The translations under genes were made by a program, and so were the position numbers. From Ophelia neglecta (lineage: Eukaryota): 64,000 bases of DNA. The DNA is taken from the NCBI GenBank assembly GCA_965285935.1, contig OZ260661.1:60760001-60824000 (forward strand), read 5' to 3'. How positions within the stretch are numbered: position 1 is the first letter of the stretch; each line of letters begins with the position of its first letter. This document shows positions 12,499 to 24,809 of the stretch, one piece after another. The notes under the pieces were generated by a model. The model had not been told where the DNA came from. It worked only from the letters and a program-made list of their open reading frames with translations, and did no database searches.

Positions 12499-15400
12499 GT
12501 TTATATTCACCATGCCAGTCCAGGAACACGACCCAAAACACACAAGTTTATATTGAAACATAAGTGTAGAAAAAAATGTGTGCAAAAATTCCAGTTAATT
12601 CATCAAATCAAAAAAGGGCATTGAACTGAACTAGGACAACCTTATAATTAATTATCCTTAGCAATTTACATGAATCTATTCACTTGATAAGTCCTGCTGA
12701 GTACTGAATTAATGATAATGTTTTTTTGTCCGGCTTTTTCGTCACTAATTTCCCTACCATTTTGGCGTGGCCCTCACATGAACACAAGTTTCCTGTTGAT
12801 ACATGAACATGCTTCTAAACATCTAGTTTTTTTTAAAGAATAGAATAAAGAAATTAGACGAAATACAGGACATGCTATTCAGCAATAAGATTTGGCCCTG
12901 ATTACTCATTGTTAGGCCCTTGGTTTGAACGAAATTGGCCCATTAACGGGATTAAAACATTCCGTGTCTAGCCAACAAATATGTACACACATGTGTGCGT
13001 ACATCGTGTATTCGGGCCTTGCAGTATATAGGGCATCGGCTTAGGTGTATGGAGGCAAGTCAGCGAGTGCACAGTGATAATTTACCGACACGACAACCTA
13101 GCTAGGGAACATCGCTCTTGAAAGGAGAAACGGTTGTTGTTATTTGACTATTCGGGTCGTTTCTGTCCATCTTGTCTCAATATGGAGATTTTCTGGAGAG
13201 ACATACAGCTTAGAAAATCTGGAATTGTTTTATTATGATAGAAGGAAATAAATGCTAGTTGAATAGGGAACTATAACGAAAATTTACTTGTTTCTTAAAT
13301 ATTTTGATAAATGGATTAATAATGAATCTTTCTGTAAAAAATTCGTTTCCTTTTCTGGACACACTTAAAAAAATCACAGGCAGGGCTTTGATTATTCGTT
13401 AAATAAACTTATAAAATATGAAAGAGGTGCCTTACTTGTGTAGTCTTTTTAGAATTATTATGCAGTGATAGTGAAATTAATAGATCAAAATCATTAAGCC
13501 TATCCATAATATATATAAAATATAAAAAAAACGGAAGTATTTACACACCTTCTATTACAGTGATGGGGCATTTGATAAATCTAATTAATCATTCAGGCAT
13601 AAGAAATAAATATATAACGAACAAGTAATTACACACACCTTTTGAATTGTTAATATTAGAGGAATCATTTCTGAAATCCATCATAGTCACATCGTCAGTA
13701 TTAACCTTAATCGGATTTCTAAAATCGTTTCTCCAATTTATTTTATGAGTCTTAGAATATAATAACATTGGTCGATTAGTTGACAAGCGAGTGATTTAGT
13801 CCATGCAATCATGTTTGTATCGTTTTCCCATTTCATCGTTTTTTTTCCGGCGCCATAAAATGAGTCCACCGATAAAGATCTGTCTTAGAGGGACATTCTT
13901 ATTAACGAAGAACTCAAAAATGTCAAAGATATGGAAGGAAGAAAATGGATTGGAAAATCTTCAGACATGGCTACAAATTGCATTGATTCCCAAGACGTCC
14001 ACCTTTGTTAACTTTTAATGACCCCCTTGCATACCCATCGCTGTGGGCATATCGAATAATTTGTCTCGGTTCTCGCCATGTTGAGAAATGACATTGTCCC
14101 TTGAAATAACTAATAATTTGCTAAATGCCCCTTGACCTCAAACCCCACGAGGGCAAAAAGTTATAGGAGACAGAGGCCATGTATCTCTACTACTCCCCAG
14201 GTTGTGCCCTCAGAGGGCTAGTTTCATTAGGGCAAATTATTGAATATTACTGATCAATGGATTAAAATTTTCTAAGCATTCAAAGGAAGACGCTGGGCGA
14301 TAATGGATAGATAAATTGGAAGGCACGACAGCGTTCATTAAGAAGGTCAAAGGGTCATGTAGTTCATGCCGTGTTGACAAACTGGACTGGCAACCTTTGA
14401 ATTGACCTCACGAAATCCACGTTCGCCTCTGAGATTCTCACAGGAACTTAGAGCATGATGACACCACATCCATCCTCAGATGTTTGATCGCTTGTCCGAT
14501 AATTCTGCCTTTCTGTCTAATTCCAACCATCCTATTGTCTAACTCTGAATGATTCATAACTAACCTTCTTGCCATTAATCTTCAACGCATGAGCTGAGTG
14601 TTTGCAATAGGAAGACACCTTTCAGTGCATTTGTTTGGCAACAATATTCACAAGTCTTGGGGAATGTGGTTGTTTGACAATCTGATCAACGACTTGATAT
14701 ATATGTTTAACTTTCTCACTTTCTATGCCATTGTTCTAATCTGGTAGCGTTCTTCTTGATAAATTGATCCTTTTCTCACGTGTTGCTCATTTAGTTTTCT
14801 TAAGAGGGGGATATTAATGTCGTTGCGGCCATGATAGTTAATCTGAGCAAACTTTGATAATGGTCATTTTAGTGGCATTACAAAGTGGATTAAGTGTCCT
14901 CGTAGATCTTGTTTGGAGACAAGACTGTCTTGTTTGGGCGTCTGACAGGAAAGCCTATTTCCTCGAAAGGAAAAGCACAGAGAACAGAAGGGAGGTATCA
15001 CGCAATAGACTCCTAGGTATTTATACCGAAACAAGTTTTTACCCAGAAAGTGGTAATAGATTAAGACACCTCTAGAAGTTGTGGACTTCCTGAGCTCTCC
15101 ACCTGTCAAGGCTTTAGCGTTCACTATCCTGGCCAATTTAGTATGTATATACAACCTTTTAGCTAATAGCATGTAATTGGAAAGCCTTGTAGATCCTGAT
15201 CAGCATGGCCTGACATCAGTGGGTGTCTTAGGGAAGTGGGTAGAGATGCGGACTGTAGGGTGTGTGTGAGGTAAGAAAGCCAGGAAGAGATGTAGTGTAT
15301 TTACCAGTATCTCACTCAAGACCCTCGAGCGTCAGATGAATTGAGCTGACGAGTCGGTGACCAGTGTTCATCTCCTCGACATGCTTTTGTGTGTTAACAG

Positions 15401-18400
15401 CACGTCAGCGAGGCCTCGAAGCTTGCTTGATATTACCGGGAGATTGCCGGGCTAATTATCAGCGAATTAGTTGTATTAAGAAATGCCTGACCAGTTCCGT
15501 GGAGCTAATATGATTAAGGTGATCAATCATTATTCGGAGATCTACCGGCATGGTCATTGAATGGCGATGTCACTTGTGCATAATTTCCTTACAGAAATAA
15601 ATTTTACTAATTCCGTCATACTAATCTTATTGGACAGTCTCCCAGGGACCAGGACTTTATGGAATTCACACATGGCGATCGTGAAGACTTTACTGACGTT
15701 TGCTGGCGGCCATATTTTTTAATTCAGTTTGGTGGCAATTTCGGAGTAGGTTGATAGCGGTTACGCCGTCCGAGCTCACGGATGGCAGCCAATGCAGAAG
15801 GCAGTGCATTTAGTCGTAGTCGATCCATCATTTTAGACATGTAGTTATTGATGGGTACACAGCCAAGAAGCCGGGTCACCCTTAGACCAATTTCCTCGCA
15901 GTGGTCTGCACCAGATACAGGCTTCAGTAGACTGCTGTACCTCAGTCAGCATTGTAGAATTTATCCAACTTGTGTTTAGTACACAAGTCGATTGGGTGTT
16001 TATCATCAACGGTGAGGATACACAGACATATTTGGCCGCTCCCTGTACCCATTCATCGGGTTGTAAAGTCTCCAATGATTTCTGACAGACTTGAAGAGCA
16101 TTGAACTTTTTTCTAGCCTCGAAAGCATCTTGAGACGTTGAAAGCTAAAGACTTGAGGACTTTGCACTTTGCAGAGTTTGCTGGCTTTTGTCAGCAGTGT
16201 ATCGTCTAACTATCAGTAACACCCTAAAGTATTTGGTCCTCCGAGTTTTCTATTACAAGATGCAGCAGACGACTCGTCTGTATGGGCCTCAATCCTGCCT
16301 ACACTATTGCAAATGTAAGTCAGGGGCATTGAGACTGGCTACCAGCACAAAGAGAATTCCTTCTAAAATTGAATGGCTCTTATTCACCATTGTATTGCTG
16401 AGCCATCAATCTAGGGCGATAACGGCAGGGAAAGACTTCAGGGCGGGAGACTTAATATCTTCTTCATTATCGGTTTGTTGGGCCAGCAAATAGACTTTTA
16501 TTGAAAAATCGTCGTAGAATAATAATGTGCAATCTGCATGAGCCATCCATCATTGCCGGATCCCTACAAGGGTTCCTAACGTCGCTACATAGCTGCCCTC
16601 AATACATGTTAGGGCCAGATAGCTTAGAGCTAACCTGGAATATTCAGTAAAAACATGTACCGTGGGTTATGGTAGCTGTGGCCAGGGTCTTACCCGCGGT
16701 TCAGCTTACATCGAGTATTTTGATGTTTTACAAGCTTTGCCGTCCTCGTGTATAATATATTATAGCACACATTTGAAATAAATGTATACCAAAATGCTAT
16801 AGCTATATAACGGAACGACTTCCTTCAATTATTGAGGGGGTGACTTTCGTCCAGGTCAGATAGTATTGAGGATAGATATGGGGAGGGGTCATCTACTGCA
16901 CAAACAACACCATCATTTATTGCTACCATAGTAACCAATTGGAGGTACCGACAGGGATATCCAGATTCCTGAATTATTCACGTGAACTCTGTATTATTTT
17001 TAGCCGCCTGTCGCCATTAAGTCCACGTCCTAGCCGTGTGTTTGTCGTCTAACAGGAAATCTTTCAGTGACGTGAGATTAGAAATCACCCGGGTTGGGTA
17101 ACCAGCAAAACTGTGCCACTTCAGCGTTGAACTGATTTGTTTGAAAGGTTGTCAGACTTAGTTTTACCGATTTGTAAACCATCTGTAACGTTGGATATTT
17201 CATCTCAAAATCCGGGCAGGAGTATCGAGTCAATGGCGCGTAGTTTTTTCTAAAAACAACACGTTTTGTCACTTGTGGAAAGTCGTTACATTTATCCACG
17301 TTCAACTTTTCATTGAAATCTCGTTTAAGCGAGACTATCATTCGCGATCATATGACATAGCCGGCAGGCATATACGTCATCGATATACAAGAGGGAATTC
17401 TCCCCACGGAACGTGATTGTTTTTACCAGCCAAACGAAATCATCCTCGTATCATGTGCTTTCAATGTAACATTTGTGGATTGCATTAAAATGATTAATTG
17501 CATATGGTAGGATCACTTTTTCAAGGTTCCTACGATGAAAATTAATGCTATGAGTATTGTTTAGGCCACCGTTTAAATATTTTCATATGCCTATTTCAAA
17601 GTAAATCAAAGTGATTGCATGCTTAAATGTGCCATTAAAATCTTCTCCAAACTTTGCTAAAATTTCTTCCTTGTAGCTTTCCCATCGTTGAGGTCAGTAT
17701 CCTGTAAATGCCCCTCCCCCCCCCCCCCTTCCCCTCCCCCTACATCGCACTGACTCGGCTCGGTCGTAACCACAAAACGGCACACTATTTATCGCCAGTA
17801 GGTTGTAAACATTTACTGAAAGTGCAATATCGCCAATACAGAGGTTAAAGGCGTCCATATCTGGTGACCCTTGAACCATTTAGCAGGAGAAATCGACAAT
17901 ATATTTTCACCCTTGTAACTATTATAGGGACATTATGTAAATTAGCGACTAGTCTTAAACAAGTTGTTGGTTTTCCTAATAGCTTGTTCTCCCATTAACT
18001 CCGTGACCGATGACATAACAGCCTGCTGAGAACATAAATTTTATCACTTACATGATAATGAATTATAACGACTGAGAATTGGCTATAGGCAGCACCAGCA
18101 ACTGCGCCTTCATTTTAGTGAGGTTTTCCTCTTTTCCCAGCGTTTTTTATGACTAACATTGTACGAGTATATCTCATGGAGACAGTTAATGCATAATTCA
18201 TGGTTATTGTTTTATTTCACGTGATGCCCACAAAGTCGCTGATGGAGCACATTGCTTAAAACAAGCAGATAATGAAACACTCAATATCAGCCGGATAAAT
18301 GTTTAAAACAGGGATCAACCCGAGTCTTAGCCTGACAACGATTTTCCTTATAATTGCTACAATCGCTTACGAGTTGACATTTCTTGATTTCTCTCGTACG

Positions 18401-21394
18401 CCATCCTGGTCGATCTATCTTTTTAGTCGTCGTAGAATTTTGGAAATAATTAAGATTCCCTTTGTTTACACTTTATCCAACATCGAAATTAGCAAAATCA
18501 GCTGCAAGCGGAAGTCCTGCTGAATGGTAAATCACAGCTGGGTTTTGGACATGATTTATGCGAATAATCAAGATGGTTGACCAGAGTCAAAAACCAATAT
18601 TTGTTCGGGTTTATACCTCAAAAAAAAGGTTGTGTTTCTTCTTCATCCTTAATTTAATTGACACACAAAAACTGTAGTGAAAAAGGCGCTTCCCTGCTGA
18701 ATGAGATTGGTTTGTCGACGGGTCTTCAAGAGGAAAAAAGATGCTGTGTTAGCTTTTGTTCTATTAGAGTGAAGCGAAGGCTTGCCTTTCGAATGATTGA
18801 TGACATGTCATTCTGCGGAGTGTTCATCCAGTGTACCGGACACGAATGAACGCCAGGCAATTTTCAAACATTATTTTATAAACCAAATGACGGGTTACAA
18901 TCATTCGAGGGTTTCCCCCAATGTCCTTTGCTGTACCTTCATCCATCAAGCATGTATATATCAGCTGTTAGAGGGGGAGGCCTCCCGGGGGGGTTTTCAT
19001 TTTACACTTCTCATGCTGCACAGTTTGGCCACTGTGTTTACACTAATTTGTCACTGCAGCAAGACAATAGTGTATTGGTGTCATTATTGAATGAATGTCA
19101 ACTATTAGTCTATAATTACGGACAAGTTTTTAAAACTTTTTTACATTTGATAAATTGCATTGCTCTTGTTTTACCGGTACATTATTTCCTATCAAATTAC
19201 CTTTTAAATAAAATCAATGTTTGTGTTGTTTGGTTCTGATGGCTTCCTCAGGTTCAATTGTCATTGAATGGTTTGGTGGATTGATAAGATTTTAGTATGA
19301 GTCATATGAAACCCTATTGCATTAGTAGCTGTTGCTGATTAATTAGTATTCGTCTTATGGATTTAAACCACTGTAATCAAGACTCACACCTTTATCTGCT
19401 GCTCGTCACATGGGCTGATGATAGCGAGGCTTTCAATCCATGGCAAATTAAAAACGGTTTTAATAGCCGTCCTAATTCTCTGGCTTAGATTAAGACTATT
19501 TAATGTGTCACCGATACCTATGACCGAATCGTAATTTTCATCAGGGATAACTGCCATTAAGGGACAGAAATAGGTCCAGTTCAACTCAGTAATTCGATAT
19601 GCGTTGGCATTATCTTCAGTTTTAGGGGAGCCTAGAAATCCCTCTGCTGCCTTTACACAATAGACTGGGGACTGTGAATGTCGAGTCTTGGCTACATGTA
19701 TTCGATGATAATTCGTGTAATTTCCTGTGAGTTGTGCTATCTGAAAATAGCCGGAGCCGAGAAAATGAGACCTACTCCTTGTTATATTTATCTCCTAGAA
19801 AGCTTAACAGAGCGCCCTCGACAACATTTGGGGGAGTCTGGGAGAGATTTGCCGGGTTTAAATTAAATTTCAGGCGAATTATTCGCAAGACAAGCCATAG
19901 GACGCCGTGATAAATTCGTAATTTCACCTTCCTGTCTGATATCCTAAATGTGGTGAAAGTATTCCTAATTGAGCGAATGAAAACAAAGAGATGAAAGTGA
20001 CTTAGCCTGAATGGGGCTCTCACTTCATCCGCTGATTGCCCAACTCGCAAAAGATAAATCACTCTTTTTTTCCGGTCTTCTCAAGCACGGAGATGAAAAT
20101 AGAGACATTAAATTGAAAGAAACTTTAATGATTGGTTAATCTACCAAGTCATACGTAAAATTGGACATAAAAATTGCATTCCTTCGTTCATTCTGGATTT
20201 GGTGCTCAACGGTTACTTTCTTGGAAATTAATTCTGGTCACTTCAATACCATGCGGCGTGATTTCGCAGTTAGGTCATGTTCGAAATTAACGTGCCTTAG
20301 ACTATCTTTTGTAGATACATCTTGTGTGAAATGCGTTTCTGAACAGATTAATCTGAAAAATGCCAGCAGAGGAAAAGATAACACATGGCTTTTCATTCAA
20401 GGCCTCGCCAAGCAAAACTACGTCCCTACAGAAACGATGTTGGGCCTGATTGTCTGAAGGGTCATAGGGCATAGAAAGCAGGGGTTCATTTCAAGAGAAA
20501 CCAGCGACGTATATTGGAGTCCCACTTAATATTCTGGTCTCGAATCTGACTTGATGTATGGGATATCGATTCAGGAGAGACTCTCGCCCGCCTGTCACGG
20601 TTTGAAAAGCGTTTGAACGCCGGCAGAGCCAAGCAATGGGGGAGATATGTCATCTCTCGTCCTTTTGCGGTTTTATTGCAGTAGCTCAGACCGAAAACAA
20701 TGTCAGGGAAATTGTCACGTCGAGGTCGAAGGCCAGGTTTCTTCGTTTGTACGTCTCATCATGGCCGGAGCTGTGTGACATTTGCGAAAAGATGGCTTAG
20801 GGAGCGAAGGTTTCAAAGGTCATCCAATCACTGGCCTCTAAAGCTGTGTCGTCATAGTGACAAATGGCCGCCATCGAAATGATGTGACAAATACTCGTGT
20901 AAATATTAACTTAGTTTACCCAAGAACCGATACTTCGTCAAAGCTTTTTCCCTTCCAAGATTCCACGATAATTAGCCTCTATACTTTTGCTTATTTTGAT
21001 GGAATGAGAGAGATATCTACATTGTATTCGACGAATTTTGAAGACACCATACACGCATCGCCATAACAAGTAAACTATAGAAGTAGAACACAAGTAAATC
21101 GATGATTACAAAGTAGCATAGTTGATGTTATAGAGAAGACTCCACTTATTAATGTAAAATGGGGAATCTCTCTGTGGCACAAGATCTACTGTGGCATACT
21201 TGAAGCTCACCTTTCCATGCATCCTGACAGAAAATAAACACGTGCAATAACTTAACTCGTTCCAATCATGTACATGTGCGAAACAAAGGTGAAACGGAAA
21301 ACTGTGGATATCTGAAGGTGCTCTTTTCTAGAGACACAAGCGGAGCGAACAAATCGACAATGACATGCAGACGAGTGGCTGGATCAGCAAATCT

Positions 21395-21465
21395 CCACGT
21401 ACACTGTAGAATAGGCTTGTGATTTTCCAAAATGGCACACAAGCTCGGTTCTACAGGGTGCATGG
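21395..21465 (-). ncRNA. mir-10: miR-10-family precursor microRNA (predicted 5p arm CACCCUGUAGAACCGAGCUUGU(G))
   Basis: Minus strand reads CCATG-CACCCTGTAGAACCGAGCTTGTG-TGCCATTTTGGAAAAT-CACAAGCCTATTCTACAGTGTA-CGTGG. About 23 base pairs over 28-nt/27-nt arms with a 16-nt loop. The 5p arm (21460-21438) shares ACCCTGTAGAACCGA with miR-10b-type sequences. Apical UGUG present and CNNC (CAGC) about 17-18 nt past the 3' cut. Same strand as the Hox gene. Exact paralogue not assigned. Confidence 0.9.
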
Positions 21466-22214
21466 CTATTTCACATTCATCATGCCCATGGCGCAGTTAC
21501 CATGCCAACGAGAAGGAGCATCGAATTACCACAGTCGTTCACCAAATTCACTTGTATCATTGACCCAATTTAGGACTCTACTACACACAGTTTCAAAATG
21601 GCATCTACTTACGTTAAATGCAATGGTATTCTGTTAAATTAGTCATAAAGCTAACTTATCGCAGACGATTGGTGAAAACCACTGTAGAAACCAACCAACC
21701 GATAAATGATATCACACGAACCTGCTGCTTCAGGTATTGTCATACCCAGCAAAATTCATATCAGCATTAAACGCATGCAATTCAGTCTAGAAAAAGCGTG
21801 GCAGTCGCTACATGTGTGCCACACTATATAAAGTTCACAGTTGCACACCTACTGTATTAATTAATTATACGTGAATGGGTTGGTTAGACGCTTTCCGGAA
21901 GCGAATTTACCTTTTGGCATATATACCTACCATTTTTGTTCAACTTAGACAATAAACGTATCTTTAAAAAATCATACCTAATGAATGTTTTCCACACGAA
22001 GGCAAAAAACATATAATTGCACTTTTGAAGTGTAGCATAAAGGTGAAAACAAAAAAAAAAGCATAAACGTTGAAATTTTAAAAAATTGAAAATTACACAT
22101 AGTTTGATAAAAAGTAATACAGTGTGTTCCAACGATAAAAATGAAATTGCCATATTATGTCTAATTTCATGAAATATAAATTAAGCTTGCCAATTATTCA
22201 TGGCTAAATATAAC

Positions 22215-22220
22215 TTTATT
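22215..22220 (-). terminator. Candidate distal poly(A) signal of Antp (AATAAA); proximal candidates at 24241-24236 and 24011-24006
   Basis: TTTATT on + within AT-rich, UTR-like sequence downstream of the stop codon. The hexamer alone is weak evidence. Confidence 0.3.
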
Positions 22221-22374
22221 GAATAACACTTACAATTCTCATTACGGTATATGCTGCAAAATGTGCAACAGATTTATACAAGCTACTTCTACAAAGGCAA
22301 TCAATTAAAATTATTATTGTTCGACTTTCAGTCGAACAGAATTAACAATATAAGACAAAATGTACATGTTCATC

Positions 22375-22505
22375 NNNNNNNNNNNNNNNNNNNNNNNNNN
22401 NNNNNNNNNNNNNNNNNNNNNNNNNNNNNNNNNNNNNNNNNNNNNNNNNNNNNNNNNNNNNNNNNNNNNNNNNNNNNNNNNNNNNNNNNNNNNNNNNNNN
22501 NNNNN
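22375..22505. other. Assembly gap (131 N)
   Basis: Run of N between the Antp homeobox exon and the miRNA; the true distance across it is uncertain. Confidence 1.
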
Positions 22506-23525
22506 TAGCTACAGTGTACATATCATTGACTAACAAAGATATCAATAAATGGGATGGTGAAAGAATTAACACAAGTCACGACATGAAATGTCATACATTA
22601 TTATTCATAACAACGCTGGGCGTGGATGGCCATGAAATAGGAAATAAGTACGAGGCTATGCCTGAACACAAAGTAGTTGTTTTGCTCTACTCAGAGCTAA
22701 TATACAGCGGGATTCTTAATACTTACTGAAAAATTGCTAATCACAGGCAAAAGCGTTTATAACAATGCCCCCATCCAATTTCATAGAAAATCGGATATAC
22801 AATGTGTAAACACATGAATTGTTAACCAATAACGATACGGCATTACCGAAATTCTGGATAGCCATTGGCCAATCAATTTTCTCTTCAAAGGTATAGGCAT
22901 TGGCGAGAAATCACGTGATTAGTGAATGCATCATCAAAATATGCGTACACAATTGATTCTAGAATTATAATGCTAATGTATCTTCCTTCAATCTTTCTTG
23001 TGACTTACATTTCCTCCACTCTCCTTCATTATGGACAACATTAATTAGAAGTACATAGAGTGAGTACATTAACCATTGTTGGTAGTTTAAAAACATTAAA
23101 AACTAAACATACATACATGACTTTCATGTATATACATGTATACTGTATGATGAACTGAGCCTTTCGTAAAGTAGCATTAAGCACAAAACACTGGTTGATT
23201 TGAAGCAAAGCTATCCAAGAAGGGGCGCGACAGGACAATTAAAACCAGCAAACGAATAAGAAGACGTTATTTCTAAAATGACTAGATTACGTCATTTCTG
23301 GCGCTAAATGGTGTTTACTATTCTGTATTAAGGAGAGTCAAACTTCAGCGCCGATGCCAAAACACAGGGTGATGAGTTAAAACATTAAATGCAACTTATT
23401 AAACAGTGCCAATATATATTCATTTGAAGTAATCATATCATGAACTGATTGTGGAAATTGAAACACCAGGTACACACTAAAAGCACAATTTAAATATTTA
23501 CTCCGTATTGCTTTTTCTTTTACAG

Positions 23526-23858
23526 ATTTACCCTTTGAAAGATTTACCCTATGTTTTCAATCATATCAATTTACCCTTCAGATAGACTGTACACCAGAAA
23601 AGTGTAACATGTACAATAACATCTACACGTTTGTGCTGCTAATTTTATAAATTTTATAAAGTTTGTTTAAACACGTGAGTATTCATAATAACTTGATTTA
23701 TCGACGGCGTATGTCACCAAGAAATCAATTCTCAACGGTCCAAAGATTTCCTTTCAGAATTTTTCGATGATGGCGAGAGAAAATACAATTTAGAGTTTAC
23801 AATAAGTGTAGTGATATCGTGTGTTTATGCATGTATATGATATAACTACGCTTACTGT

Positions 23859-23911
<53 letters not shown>

Positions 23912-24221
23912 TTCATATTCAATAGAGTTTCTAAAAAATGAAGTGAGACGACTTTGTTTAAAACTTTTGTTGTCGAAAATTTATACCTGAAAAGAACCGC
24001 TTGATTTTATTTTGTTCTATATATTATGATCACTTATCGTGCGTTTTACCTGGAGAAAGTGTAGACGTGTAATAGACATAAGTATACATTAACTAACATT
24101 AAACTACATATTATATATGCCTATAAATAATTTACCCTAACTAGGGAAATACATTATAGAATACGGGCCAAACAAGTGTAGAAATATGTGTAAATTTACC
24201 CATTTGTTTTAATATTTACCC
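23526..24221 (-). promoter_or_regulatory. Cluster of six GGGUAAAU elements in the predicted Antp 3' UTR (candidate miRNA seed sites)
   Basis: ATTTACCC on + at 23526, 23542, 23569, 24130, 24194 and 24214, all in one orientation. The first four extend to ATTTACCCT. Function is inferred. Confidence 0.6.
23861..23908. repeat. (ATACAT)8 microsatellite within the predicted Antp 3' UTR
   Basis: Eight perfect hexamer copies read directly. Confidence 0.95.
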
Positions 24222-24554
24222 CAAAAATATTTGCTTTTATTACCCCTTGCTTGGGATTGGACGACATTGTTGTGACGCAACATTAAAATGACCAATCAGA
24301 TTATATCATGTTGTCATGTGATTTTAAATGGCCCTGACAATGGTGGAAAAAAAGGGCTGCATTTCAGAGTAGAGGATGATTATAATTGCAGCGAAATGTA
24401 GCTTGTAATGCAGAAAAATGCAAAGGTTCACATCAAGATTACTTAAAGTGAATCCATTAAACAGTATTAGACTCCAGACGGGAGTGGCCTATTCCATGAA
24501 TTCTCCAAAGACGGCCAAGAAAAAAAATGACCATTGACCTACTTTCAAACTGTC

Positions 24555-24809
<255 letters not shown>

